Assembly (NCBI GenBank): GCA_951406725.2
Contig: OX597824.1
Location: 99,200,001-99,264,000, forward strand
DNA length: 64,000 nt
DNA from: Octopus vulgaris
Taxonomy: Eukaryota
Direction: 5' to 3'
Shown in pieces: positions 25,741 through 38,545 of the stretch. How positions within the stretch are numbered: the first letter of the stretch is position 1; every line of letters starts with the position of its first letter. Both the position numbers and the translations under genes were made by a program. Below the pieces are notes generated by a model. It had not been told where the DNA came from, ran no database searches, and saw nothing but the letters and a program-made list of their open reading frames with translations.

Positions 25741-26106
25741 TATTCGGGTGTTCAGAAAGTCATTGCGTTTTACCAGAAAGCATGTAGAAACAAATGTAAG
25801 CCACATTTATCCGAATAGTTTTAATCAAGAATGTAATCCCCATCGTTTTCAATGTAGCCCAACCGGATAAGTAACTTTTCTTGTCACATTTAAAGAAACC
25901 TATGTCTTTTCCTGAGAAAAAATCTGAAAGACTGTTTTCAGCTTCCACTCTGTTTCTGAATGCTTGCCTCTTCTAAAATGTTCTCGTGATTGGAACAGAT
26001 GGAAAGTCAGGTGAGTTTGGAGAATGGATCCCTAATGATCTTGTTTTTTCTTGGTTTGTTTTGAAGAGTGTGGCCATGCATTGTCTTACTGGAGAATAGC
26101 ACCTTT
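25741..26106 (-). mobile_element. Mariner 3' remnant
   Basis: Minus strand ILQ*DNAWPH, P.SPD, ..ENDGDYI; TIR-like end ttcgggtgttcagaaag next to TA. Confidence 0.6.
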
Positions 26107-26321
26107 CCATTCACACATACACATTTATACACCCACACACACCATTCCCACATACACGCTCACACATCTCCTCTTGTTGGGATCACCATGAATTATCTCC
26201 TCTTCATTCAACCTCTTTTTATTAATTATCTCCTTTTTATTCAACCTCTTTTTTCTAATCATTCACCGTTGGACCATTGAACTCAACATGTTTTTTTCAT
26301 TCTCTGTTTATTTTCTCTTAT

Positions 26322-26360
26322 TCCTTTCTGTTGAAGAGCATAGGCTCGAAACATAAAACA
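26322..26360 (+). ncRNA. Variant minimal hammerhead-like motif (PLE pLTR-type)
   Basis: ttt-CTGTTGA-a-gagc-atag-gctc-GAAAC-ata-aaa; 4-bp stem II; core A6 is T. Confidence 0.5.
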
Positions 26361-26460
26361 CTTTTCCATTTTTCCCAAGCATCAAACTAATACACTTGCT
26401 TGTTGTTCCTACACCTGTCTTTATCTTTAATTTTCTATAACTTAGAACTATCTATCTATA

Positions 26461-26835
26461 TCATCATCATCATCATCATCATTTAGCGTCCGTTTTCCAT
26501 GCTAGCATGGGTTGGACGGTTCTGCTGGGGTCTGTGAAGCCAGAAGGCTTCATCAGGCCCAGTTATCTGGCAGTGTTTCTACGGCTGGATGCCCTTCCTA
26601 ACGCCAACCACTCCGTGAGTGTAGTGGGTGCTTTTACGTGCCACCCGCACTGGTGCCAGACAGAGCTGGCAAACGGCCACGAACGGATGGTGCTTTATGT
26701 GCCACCGGCACGAGGGCCAGGCGAGGCTGGCAACGGACACGAAACGGGGCGGTGCTGGCACGGTCGCGAAACGGAAAGTTCTCTTACATGCCACCGGCAC
26801 TGGTAACACATCTGCAATTTCCATTGATCGATTTC
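26461..26835 (-). mobile_element. Young RTE 3' UTR/tail fragment
   Basis: (CAT)n, ccatgctagcatgg, ggatgcccttcctaacgccaaccactcc; CpG-rich units. Confidence 0.9.
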
Positions 26836-26836
26836 C

Positions 26837-26886
<50 letters not shown>

Positions 26887-28102
26887 AAAAGCACTGCTTT
26901 TTGAGGGGCTTTTTTAAAATTCCCCTCGCATAATTTATCTTGAAATTAATTTTAAAAAATAAATTTTGTGTTTTAAAAAAATGGTTATGCAAAATGGGAT
27001 TTCACAAAATTGTTTATAAGTTCTGTTCCTGCTATTTAGGAATAAATGTCAAATTCTGGCTCTCCCATCCCCCTTCTGCCCAAAATATTTCTGTCATTTC
27101 TCAAATCACCCAAAAAACACAGTGTTTAGAGAAACAGCATTTGTTAATTCTCCCTATCAACAAAGTCATTCTCTAGCTTTGCACTTTTGGGGACAAATGG
27201 AATAAAAGGATTCCTTATTGAAAAACAGGGTTAGTGACAAAAATGGTACCTAGCTGCAAAAATAACGCCTCACTAATAAGTCCAGCCCTTGTGAGCATGG
27301 CATAGCAAATATAAAGAGATCAAGCTTTGTGTGTGTGTGTGTGCATGAGTGTATGTGTGTGTGTGCACGAGTGTATGTGTGTGTGTGTGTGTGCATGTGA
27401 ATGAATGTGTGTGTGTGTGTGCCCTGGCTATGACATTTAACTGCATCCACTAGAGGGATTCTGGTATGAGAGTTCCATGGTTTTGAAGAGTGTGGAACCA
27501 TCTCTAAGTCAGTATTCTTCTCAGATCTACTCTGACACAGAGTGGAAGTATATGTTTGGGTCTGAGTTATGGGGTCTAATTAGCATGTGAACCAATAGGA
27601 GTGAGGACTGCAAGTTTTCTGTCTTCTAGGAAAAGGTAAACTCATATGAAGAAAAACTTAAGTGCAGTTGGTTCAGTCTGGTCATCCTGGTCCCTGCTAT
27701 GCCACGGATTTTAAAGCTGATTGCACTGGAAAGCGGTTTCTGTGCCATGCAACACTTTGTCCACTTGAAACAAATTCACACGCAGGAACTTCTTGGCCTC
27801 TCAGAACATTGGCATGAACTTTGCGAGTGCAAGAAGTGGTCTTACTGAGTCACAAGTTCACTTCCACTATGTATGTTATATACGTGCATGTATATATGCA
27901 TGTATGTATATGTTCATGTGTGTGTGTGTGCACATGTATACACACATATACCAGAGTGTCCCCAAAAATTGTGTATTCAGATATTGTATGATTATAAAAT
28001 CAGTGTTTATTAAAATACACTTCATTTTCAAAATTCAATAGAATCTACTGATAGAACTTAATTATTCTTATGATGCCAACATGGAAAACAGACATTAAAT
28101 TA

Positions 28103-28203
<101 letters not shown>

Positions 28204-28224
28204 ATTGTTGTTGTTGTTGTTGTT

Positions 28225-29368
28225 GCCTTTGCACAGCTTCTAACGCTGGAGATGTACTACGGTGTCAGCTGTTCATTACCAGTGAACAAAGGTACACCTC
28301 TTATTTTTCGAGCACCTTCTGGAGTATTCAAGCAGTTCCAAGCAGTGCTGTTTTCTGCAAGTGCTCCACCCTTAAAGCAGCCTCTATTTGTTCCATGTAC
28401 TTCTTAAGATTTTTACTCAATGTTCCCAGGGCTCCGACAATTATTGGTACTACTACCACTTTTTTCATCGGCCACAACTGCTTAACCTCCCAAGCTAACC
28501 TGACATATCTATTCACTTTTCTTTCCTCCTTATCGCATACCTTGTTGTCGGCTGAGCATACTATATCTATGATCCAGCATAGTTTGTTTTCTTTCTCAAT
28601 TAAGACTATGTCCAGCTTCCTATTCTTAATCTCATGGTCGCACTGTATCATAAAATCCCATAGGATCTTTGCATTTCTATTTTTGACAATACCTTCAGGT
28701 TTGTGGTTGTACCAATTTTTGCTCTGTCAAGTCCATACTTGTTGCAAAGTGTCCAATGGACAAGCCTGGCTATAATGTCGTGGCATCTCTTATATTCCTT
28801 CTGGGCTAGTGGCGTACTTTGGCTGGTAATATACCATACGGTTTCACCATTTTGTCCACAAATTCTGCATTTATCACTTTCTGATGTGTTGTCAATTCTG
28901 TATTTGATGTAATTCGTTCTTAGTGCTTGCTCTTGGGCAGAACAGATTAGAGCCTCTGTTTTAGTCATCCACAGCCATCTTTTTTCTCTGTCTGTCTTAT
29001 CTTCAGCATCACTATGAAATTGACCATGCATTCTTTTCTTTAACCACCTATTTTCAGTTTCATTTGTTTTCAATTGCTTGTACAGTGCTTTATCTTTGCA
29101 ATCTTTCATCCTACACAGGTCTGACCTTCCTACTTCTAATAATAGTGGTTCTGTGGCATTTTTTTACATACCATGCTATGTTTGTTTTCTTCTGCTCTAA
29201 TGCTGTGTTCGCATCCAATCATTCCTTTTCTCCCTCTTTTTCTTGGTACATACAGTCTGCCTGTGTCACTTTTTGGGTGGAGTGACCCATATCTAGTCAG
29301 CAACTTCTTTGTCTTTTTGTCTAAGCTGTTTAGTTCGTCTACTGTCCATGCGATTACCCTGCTCCATA
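28225..29368 (-). mobile_element. R4/Dong-like RLE non-LTR retrotransposon, 5'-truncated
   Basis: LYVPRKRGRKG, MHGQF, AQEQALRT, CRICG..ET, KRCHD, RKLDIVL, VVPIIVGALG, LQKTALLGTA; 3' end abuts (AAC)n(AAT)n. Confidence 0.92.
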
Positions 29369-30755
29369 GACCTTGCTCTAATTGCAGAGTCACTATCTGA
29401 ACTGGAGGAGAAGTTTCAGGTGTGGAAGCAAGGATTAGAATCGAAGGGCCTTAGAGTCAACCTAGCTAAAACCAAAGTCCTAATAAGTAGGAAGGTAGAC
29501 AAATCACAAACGCCTTCAGGTAGATGGCCCTGCTCGATCTGTAGAAAAGGCATAGGTAGAAACTCTATAAGATGCACCAAGTGTAAGCTATGGACACATA
29601 AGAAGTGCAGCACTGTCAAAGGAAGGCTAACTAGGAAGATAGTTTTTGTATGTGGCAGATGCTCAGGAGCAATAAACACTGAAAATGCGCAGAGACCAAC
29701 TTCCACCACATTCCAGAGAGAAAAACTAGAAATAGTTGATAGCTTCCGTTACCTAGGTGACCAAGTCAGTAGCGGGGGTGGGTGTGCTGAAAGTTTAAGA
29801 ATAGCCTGGGCAAAGTTCAGAGAGCTCTTACCTCTGCCGGTGACAAAAGGCCTCTTGCTCAGAGTAAAAGGCAGACTGTATGATGCATGTGTATGAACAG
29901 CCATGCTACATGGCAGTGAAACATGGGCCGCGACTGCTGAGGATATGCATAAGCTCACAAGAAATGAAGCCAGTATGCTCCGCTGGATGTGTAATGTCAG
30001 TGTTCATACTCGACAGAGTGTAAGTACCTTGAGAGAAAAATTGGACCTAAGACGCATCAGTTGTGGTGTGCAAGAGAGACATTTGCGCTGGTATGGTCAT
30101 GTGGTAAGAATGGATGAAGACAGTTGTGTGAAAAAGTGCCACACCCTAGCAGTTGAGGGAACCTGTGGAAGAGGTAGACCCAGGAAAACCTGGGACGAGG
30201 TGGTGAAGCACGACCTTCGAACTTTAGGTCTCACCGAGGAAATGACTAGAGACCGAGACCTTTGGAAGTATGCTGTGCATGAGAAGACCTGGCAGGACAA
30301 GTGAGACCATAACCATGGCCTCTACCTGGGATGTAGCCAGTCCACTTATGCCTACCTTTCCTTCTGGGGACACAAAACTCTACTTGTGAAGACCTGTTGA
30401 GGCAAGTGAAAATCGAAATCGATCAACATCAATGGAAATTGCAGCTGTGATACCAGTGCTGGTGGCACATAAGAGAACCATCCAAACGTGGCTGTTGCCA
30501 GCGCCGCCCCGACTGGCCTCCATGCCGGTAGCATGTAAAAAGCACCATCCGATCGTGGCCGTTTGCCAGCCTCGTCTGGCACGTAAAAAGCACCCACTAC
30601 ACTCACGGAGTGGTTGGCGTTAGGAAGGGCATCCAGCCGTAAAAACATTGCCAGATCAGACTGGGCCTGGTGCAGCCTTCTGGCTTCCCAGACCCCAGTT
30701 GAACTGTCCAACCCATGCTAGTATGGAAACCAGACGCTAAACGATGATGATGATG
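29369..30755 (+). mobile_element. RTE-type LINE 3' portion, best-preserved copy
   Basis: DLALIAES..GLRVNLAKTKV..PHD-like insert..FRYLGD..HGSETWA..LRWYGHVVRM..GRGRPRKTW; UTR units; (TGA)n tail. Confidence 0.93.
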
Positions 30756-30812
<57 letters not shown>

Positions 30813-31448
30813 GTGGCTGCTGCTTTTGTTTTCGAGCTGATGGTCATTCTGGTCCAAGTTTTGCTAATAACACCAAACAATGGAATTGCAAACCTCAAGA
30901 ATCATTCTGTTTGGTATTTGTGTGCAGCCATATTTGACAGTTTCCTTTAATCCATAAACTGCTGCTGGTTTTCTACCATTAATTCTATCTTTTAAGTATC
31001 TCCATACAAAATCTTTAGTGGTATGCAGTCCCATGAAGCAGGAAGGTATTCCACTGAACCATTTAATCCACCTGTATGACAAAACTATCTTTGTTCTTCA
31101 TCTGTGTTTCCAAATTTCCAGTTGGATGTAAACAAAGAGAAAAAATATGATTTGAGAACTTTATCATAGATAAAAGTATTTAGATTTTTACCAAAATATG
31201 CTACTGGCTTCAATCACTTTAAAATGACAATTTAGTCATGCTGAAATAAAAAGAAGTTGAAATAAACTGCAATGAATGAAATTAATTTTTCATGATATCA
31301 CTTCTGAGAGTTCACATGTTTTTCTCACAAAAACTATTTGGTGTTGGTGCTTTGTTTCCTTTGTAGGAAATAAAAATAATGAAGTTCTGAAATCATTTTC
31401 TTTTTGTTTTTTGTAAAAATTTACTCATGTGAAAATTTATATCATTTC

Positions 31449-31481
<33 letters not shown>

Positions 31482-31485
<4 letters not shown>

Positions 31486-32362
31486 GGTGTGATGGGTAAA
31501 TTATTGCCATTTCATATTTTTAATTTTGCACATTCAGATTGATTGATTTTGATTTTGTTGACTACACAGTAGAGTGAATTGGGTTCCGTCTGAGAAGTCT
31601 GAGAAAAAACAGTACCATGATGCAATTCATTCTGCCAGAAATTTGGAAACAACATGCAGTACTGCTTAGCATTCATGCTGGAAGCTCCAATATGAATATT
31701 TCAGAATGTTTGGGTGTCGATCTGGGTACAGTGCAATCTGAGAACATGATAAAAATCAAACATCCAGTCAACATCATGGTGTTTGGAGTGATCACTAGTG
31801 ATGGCAATGTTATGCTTCCATTCATCTTCCCACATGGCCTCTTACTCAACACAGAGGCTTACATCAAATTCCTGGAGGAGATAGTGCTGCCCTGGGTTAA
31901 GAGGGTGGCTGCTGGAAGACCCTATATCTAGCAACAGGACTCTGCATCATGCCACACAAGCAGGATAACCCAAGCATGGCTGTCAGACAATTTCTACAAC
32001 CACATCACCCCTAACATCTGGCCACCTAACTCCCCAGACTGCAGTCCCCTTGATTAATACATGTGAGGCACAGTTGAGCAAGAGACCAACAAAACTCCTT
32101 GTAATACCAAAGATGAAATGAAGGCAAGGATTACGGCAGTATTCACCAACCTAAACAAGGAGACATTCCAAAAGAGTTGCAAGAGATTCTGAAGTTGTCT
32201 GGAAGCCATGGTTGAAGCTAATGACAATTTTATTGAATGAATTTACTCTTTAGTATTTCAAGATATTTTAATGGAATTTTGGTAAATATATGTTAAAATA
32301 AGATGTCTGTGTTATTTTCATTTTTGCATAATTTAGATGACAATTTATTCACCGCACCCTGT
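31482..32362 (+). mobile_element. maT/DD37D-type Tc1/mariner element with internal deletion
   Basis: MVFGVITSDG..QQDSA..WPPNSPDCSPLD with 37 residues between D2 and D3; TIRs agggtgtgatgggtaaatt / aatttattcaccgcaccctg. Confidence 0.85.
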
Positions 32363-32399
32363 ATGTATGTATGTATGTATGTATGTATGTATGTATGTA

Positions 32400-32486
<87 letters not shown>

Positions 32487-32619
32487 ATATGCATGCATGC
32501 ATGAACTGACAGCTGGAAAAGGTGTTTTCCTGGGGTTAAAAAGTAGTAACATAGTCTTATTCAGGACTGCCACATTATGTTGGCAAATAAACTTTAATAT
32601 ATATATTAAGTGAGTTCAT

Positions 32620-33040
32620 GGCTTGCAGGACGGCCTGCTGCGCTTGAGGAGACCTATTGTGTCAAGTTCATCAACATCAAAATAAAAATTCAAATGAAAA
32701 TTGTAGTTAAGACACCCATGCCGGTGACACGTAAAAGGCATCGTCCAAACGTGGCAGATGCCAGCGCCACCTAACTGGCGTCCGTGTCAGTGACACATAA
32801 AAGCACCAACCGATCGTGGCCGTTTGCCAGCCTGCTCTGGCCCTTGTGCCCAGTGGCATGTAAAAAACACCCACTACACTTACGGAGTGGTTGGCGTTAG
32901 GAAGGGCATCCAGCTGTAGAAACACTGCCAGATTAGACTAGAGCCTGGTGCAGCCTCCGTAGCTTACCAGACCCTAGTTGAACTGTCCAACCCATGCTAG
33001 CATGGAAAACGGACGTTAAATGATGATGATAATGATGATA
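32620..33040 (+). mobile_element. RTE 3' UTR/tail fragment
   Basis: Repeat units, terminal module and (TGA)n. Confidence 0.85.
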
Positions 33041-34725
33041 TGTATTAATCAATGAAATTCCAACTTAGTCTGATTTTCACATTTTATTATTTACAGTATT
33101 GAAATAAACCAGTTCTTTCGTGTATTATGCAATCATCAGGATTATGTAGTGACATTCCTGTTCCACAATTGACAACTATAGTGAAATAGTTAGATGTGTG
33201 CTTTAAGTACCTTCCGATGGGTTTTACAAACTATATCTTCACCAATCAGTATGTGGCTTAGATGTCATGGTTAGCATTTATCCTGCTTTTTCCAATGAGA
33301 TATTTTAGTTAGAAAAATTTGTACCATTATAGAAGATGTAAATATTAGAAACAAATGCCTTACGAAACTCAAAGAATTTCTACTAAAACAAAAATACTCA
33401 TCTCTACTTATAGAAAATGGTATACAGTATGTTATAGAAATACCTATACAACAACTTAGGGCAACCCAAAAAACAAAAAAGAGGAAAACGAAAACAGGTC
33501 ATACCATTTATAGTGATATACAATCCATGTCCCTAAAATATCTTTTGCATTGCCAAAGCAAACTAGCGAATCATTGCTTAAAGTAATGAATTCAAAGGTA
33601 TAATCACAGATTGAGCTACGATTCCAAAAGACAGCCATAAAACTTGAAGCAGTTATTGACAAAGGCAAAGTTTGATCAAAACAAAAATGATGAATCATTC
33701 ATTGTATCTAATTGCAGGGATAATTGATGTGGTACATGATCAGTTCATATTTGCCAGTGAATATAGGAACATAAAAACCAGAAGAATATTTGCAAAAGTA
33801 AATATGAATTGCAAAACAGAAATGCAATTTACTGCATCAAATGTCTAAATTGTGAAGAAATATGCATTGGTTAAACTGGGAATGCATTGTCAGAACATTC
33901 CTATGTGCATCGACAGCAAATTAGGGACCCTGATGTTCATCAGGTCCCTTTAAGCAATCATCTGGCAACACGTAGTTAGAAAAAGTTTATAATATACCAA
34001 TTCTACAAACTACACAACTCAAGTGAAATGAAGAGAAAAGTGAAAGAAAAAATGTTATTGATAAATTCAAACCTCTTTTAAATGTACGATAATAATAACA
34101 GTTATAGTAATGGTGATAACTGTAATGATGATAATAATGCTATTACTACTACTACTACTACTACTACTACTACCACTGCCACCTCTAGCAACAACAATAA
34201 TAAAGGTGATGATGATGAGGATGATAGTGGTAGTGTTAACCATATCAACATTGACTCTCTGGAAATTTGTAACAATAGAATTCAATGAAAACAGGAGTGT
34301 TGTTTACAACATTTCAAAATGTAGCCAAACAATTATTCCTTTAGGTTCGGTCAAAGTGAAGAATCCTTGATCTGCCCACCAAACCATGATGTTCAAGCCA
34401 CACTCCAATTGACTGAAATATTTCGTTGAAAAAAGTAGGATAAATACTAACCAAATTGGCACACTCACCAAACCGTGACATCTAAGCCACATACTGATTG
34501 GTTGAAATACAGTTCATAAGATTCAGCCTGCTGGAGCCCATTGGATGGTACTTTTAAAGGACACATCTAACTATTTCACTATAGTTGTCAATTGTGGAAC
34601 ACAAATGTCACTACATGATCCTGATGATTGCATAATACACGAAAGTACTAGTTTATTTCAATATTGTAAAATTGTAAATAATAAAATGTGAAAACCAGAC
34701 TAAGTTGGAATTTCATTGATTAATA
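33041..34725 (+). mobile_element. Penelope-like element remnant with inverted pseudo-LTRs
   Basis: LKEFLLKQKYS..VIPFIVIYNP; NMNCKT.NAIYCIKC..CIG*TG..HRQQI..PLSNHL..KFKPLLN (GIY-YIG); 33041-33315 is the reverse complement of 34410-34725. Confidence 0.85.
34616..34656 (+). ncRNA. Hammerhead-like motif in pLTR (inverted twin at 33105-33143, - strand)
   Basis: atc-CTGATGA-ttgcataatacac-GAAA-gt-actagt-tt; both core boxes conserved in both copies; stems weak. Confidence 0.45.
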
Positions 34726-34751
34726 TATTCTTCTATACACAATCATACAAA

Positions 34752-34793
<42 letters not shown>

Positions 34794-35156
34794 AAATGAG
34801 AAAATGGAGAAATATATCTAAATCAATCATCAACTGTCAGATAGTACCGAATCATAATATTGGATATATGTTATCCCATGGAGGGTTGAATTTACAACCC
34901 CTATCTCATTTTATATATATATATATATATCATATATATATATATATGCTATACAAAATTAGAAAATCTGGAGACGGCTGGATGCCCTTCCTAACATACT
35001 TAAATCAATCAAACATCAACCATCAGATGATACCCAATCAATACTTTATTACACCATTACATAACAGCAAAGGCATTATCACAAAATATATTGTAAATAT
35101 AATTAGACAAGCAAAGGCAAATAGAAATATAAAATATAATATATAATAATATATCA

Positions 35157-35200
35157 TATCTGACAGCTGTTTCGGCCGTGAGGACAAGTATGCCTCATTT
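35157..35200 (-). ncRNA. Hammerhead-like remnant in a solo pLTR-like fragment
   Basis: (taa)ATGA-ggc..gcc-GAAAC-agct-GTC-agat; palindromic ACAGCTGT; CTG of core lost; AATAAA about 110 nt downstream. Confidence 0.55.
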
Positions 35201-35316
35201 AACCTATAAGCCATATAAGGCAGGTATAAATGAGACATTAACAAGGATGTCCCATGGCCTCTTCAGAGAATTTAATTTATTATAAGTGTGAAAAAATTTT
35301 TTTACATATAAATATT

Positions 35317-36200
35317 GACTGAGGAAATGACCAGAGACCGAGACCTTTGGAAATATTCTGTACGTGAGAAGACCAGGCAGGACAAGTGAGCCCAGCCCAC
35401 TTATGAATGCCTTTCCTCCCTTGGACACAAAGACCGGTTGAGGCAAGCGAAGTCGATATAGAACCTCATCCGACGACAGACACCCATGCCAACCCCCCAT
35501 GCTTGCGAAGACATGTTGGGGCAAGCGAAATCGAAATCGAAACCGAATTGAACCAGCCAGGATCCCTGGCCTGGTGGTACGTAAAAAGCACTATCCGACT
35601 CGTGGCCGTGGCACGTAAAATACTCCAATGCGACCGTACGACAGGCACCCATGCCAACCCCCTTTGCTTGTGAAGACATGTTGGGGCAAGCGAAATCGAA
35701 ATCGAATTGAACCAGCCAGGATCCCTGGTCTGATGGTACGTAAAAAGCACTATCCGACTCGTGGCCGTGGCACGTAAAATACTCCAATGCGACCGTACGA
35801 CAGGCACCCTTGCCAACCCCCTTTGCTTGTGAAGACATGTTGGGGCAATCGAAATCGAATTGAACCAGCCAGGATCCCTGGTCTGGTGGTACGTAAAAAG
35901 CACTATCCGACTCGTGGCCGATGCCAGCACCGCCTCGACTGGCTTCCGTGCCGGTGGCACATAAAATACACCAATCTGACCGTGGCCGTTGCCAGCCCCG
36001 CCTGGCACCTGTGCAGGTGGCACGTAAAAAGCACCCACTACACTCACGGAGTGGTTGGCGTTAGGAAGGGCATCCAGCTGTAGAAACATTGCCAAATTTA
36101 GACTGGAGCCTGGTGCAGCCTTCTGGCTTCCCAGAACCCCGGTCGAACCGTCCAACCCATGCTAGCATGGAGAACGGACGTTAAACGACGACGATGATGA
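35317..36200 (+). mobile_element. Young RTE 3' end containing ~160-bp tandem repeat (x2.7, 35474-35919)
   Basis: cacccatgccaacccc starts at 35481, 35646 and 35805; terminal module follows. Confidence 0.9.
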
Positions 36201-37751
36201 AATATAAAAATGTGTGCATAGACACTCATAATACTACACATATATATATATATATATATATACTCATTAATACAATAATACAAAATAAACAAAATATATC
36301 AATATACATTAACAAACACAGTTATTCTACATATTGGACTTCTAGTTCCATATATATATATCATCATCATCGTCATTTAACGTCCGCTTTCCATGCTAGC
36401 ATGTATATATATATACAGCTTTTCTTTTAGACATGTCATTAAAGATACAACTATGTTCTAATTTAATCTTTTTTAGTTCTTTATTTTTGTATCTGTGTAC
36501 CAGACTATTGTAGTTCATTAGGAACGAGATTCCTAAATAGATCTTTTACAATGTTTCCAGGCTATCACCTCTACATCTTCAAGCTATTGTGTTGGCTTCT
36601 CCACTGTTCCTTTTACAGTTGATAACTTATGCTAAAACAGACTTTCCTACCAGAAATTCACTGATAAACTGTTTGTGTTCAATGTCATCAGATTTATATT
36701 TGTGATGTGTGTATGTTGTATGTTAATTGGAGGTTTGTGCTATGACTTTCTATCATCAGTTATTCCTGTGGGCAAGTCTATAGAGTGTTGATGTATTTTC
36801 TTGATCGTTTCCAATCTCACTTTCTTTTATGGTATGTGATGTAGTGTGTTCTAATTGCTCCTTATTTTAAACACAATGTGAGCCTATACAAAAGAAGGAT
36901 TTCAAGAGAACAGAAATGCAACAGAATCAGGAACTTCTGCAATCAAATCTATAAATTATATCGGTCATTCTAAGTTTGTTCTCAGATTTAAAAGTTTGTG
37001 AAGTGTTTTTAATAATGAGGTTTTTGATTTTTACTTATTGCTAGTATCAGCTTGTGTTGTGATACACATGTGTTTTATTTTATGTAATTTTTGATTAGGA
37101 GTTTATCTGTTCTATACCTGGCATACATTTGATTCATAAAATACACTTTTGTATGTAATATGTGTGTAATAGAACAACTCATTACTAAAATATAACTTCC
37201 AAAACGATGTTAATACAACTTCATTTTTAAACATAGATATTCTGATAAAATAAAGAATAGAATCATTATGTCAGTTTACACAAAAGATACAAACAAATGC
37301 ATATAACAACACAGAGATAGTGAATGGCTACAAATCTGCAAAGTGTCTGGGGTAGAATCTCTGTGGAGGAGAGCATTTAGATTCTCTTTCATAAATGAAA
37401 CACGAGATGAAGAACTATAAAGGTCTGATATGCAGATAAGAAAACACCCGAATAAGAAGATCAAATTAGAACTTAGTTGTGTTTTCATTATAATACACAC
37501 ACACACACACACACACATATATTGTATATGCACACATATATAGGGTTGGAAGGCAGATGTGTATATGTTTGTATTAACATATTTATTTGTCAAAATGACT
37601 AAAGCATAAATTGCCAAACCTCTAGATTTGGTATCTCTGACACATGGTGTCATCTATCACAGAATGTAGGTAGCCATGAATTCCTACCTATTTGCATATA
37701 CACAAATGTATGAGTGTTTCTGCATGGATACAGACCTATCTTAGTATGTGC

Positions 37752-37794
<43 letters not shown>

Positions 37795-38504
37795 CTATTT
37801 TCCTTCCCCCTCACCCCAACCATTCTCTATCAAAATTCTAACAAAGTGTAGCAGGTGTTGTACAGAGTTTGGTAATGAATTCTGACTGTAAGTCTCAGAG
37901 ATTTTCCTATTGTTCTTCTGACAGTATTTAATGCCAAACTTTGCCAAACCATTGCTAATGAATTCTGGCTGTGACAGTTCCAAACAACTCCAATAACAGA
38001 AAGTCTTCTACCAATTAAATGTGGTTTCTGACATTGAAGGAACATTACAACATTACAATGGCACAATTTCTGCTGCTGTCTTGGATGGTGGTGGGTCACA
38101 GATGTAATGCTGTCTGGTGCAGCTGTAGTGGAGTTGTTGTGCTGTGGGATATGGGTAGGGTGTTTGCTTTGAATTTCCTTTGGAGATGTTTATTTTTGGA
38201 GTGAAAATAAATGTTAATATTTAAATTATAGGAGGATACTGAGGAAGAAACACAGAGAGATACACAGTGGTGGGGAAGAAGCGGACTTTATTAAAAAAGA
38301 ATGCAGGTGCTTCTTATTGCTAATTTTATTCAACTCCCACCATATTTATGGGTTTGTCTCCCAATATAAGGTCTCTTTTTTTATTCATAAACATCTTTCA
38401 ATAAATACCAACTAAATTTTATCACAGGAAGAATATAGTTTTGATCTTTGACTTGGGTATATGCACATGCACACATAAGTATACACTCATGCACGCACAC
38501 ACAC

Positions 38505-38545
<41 letters not shown>

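Noticed and set aside
35401-36155. 229-aa and 145-aa repetitive ORFs
   Set aside because: Antisense readings of the GC-rich tandem UTR repeat; no protein motifs
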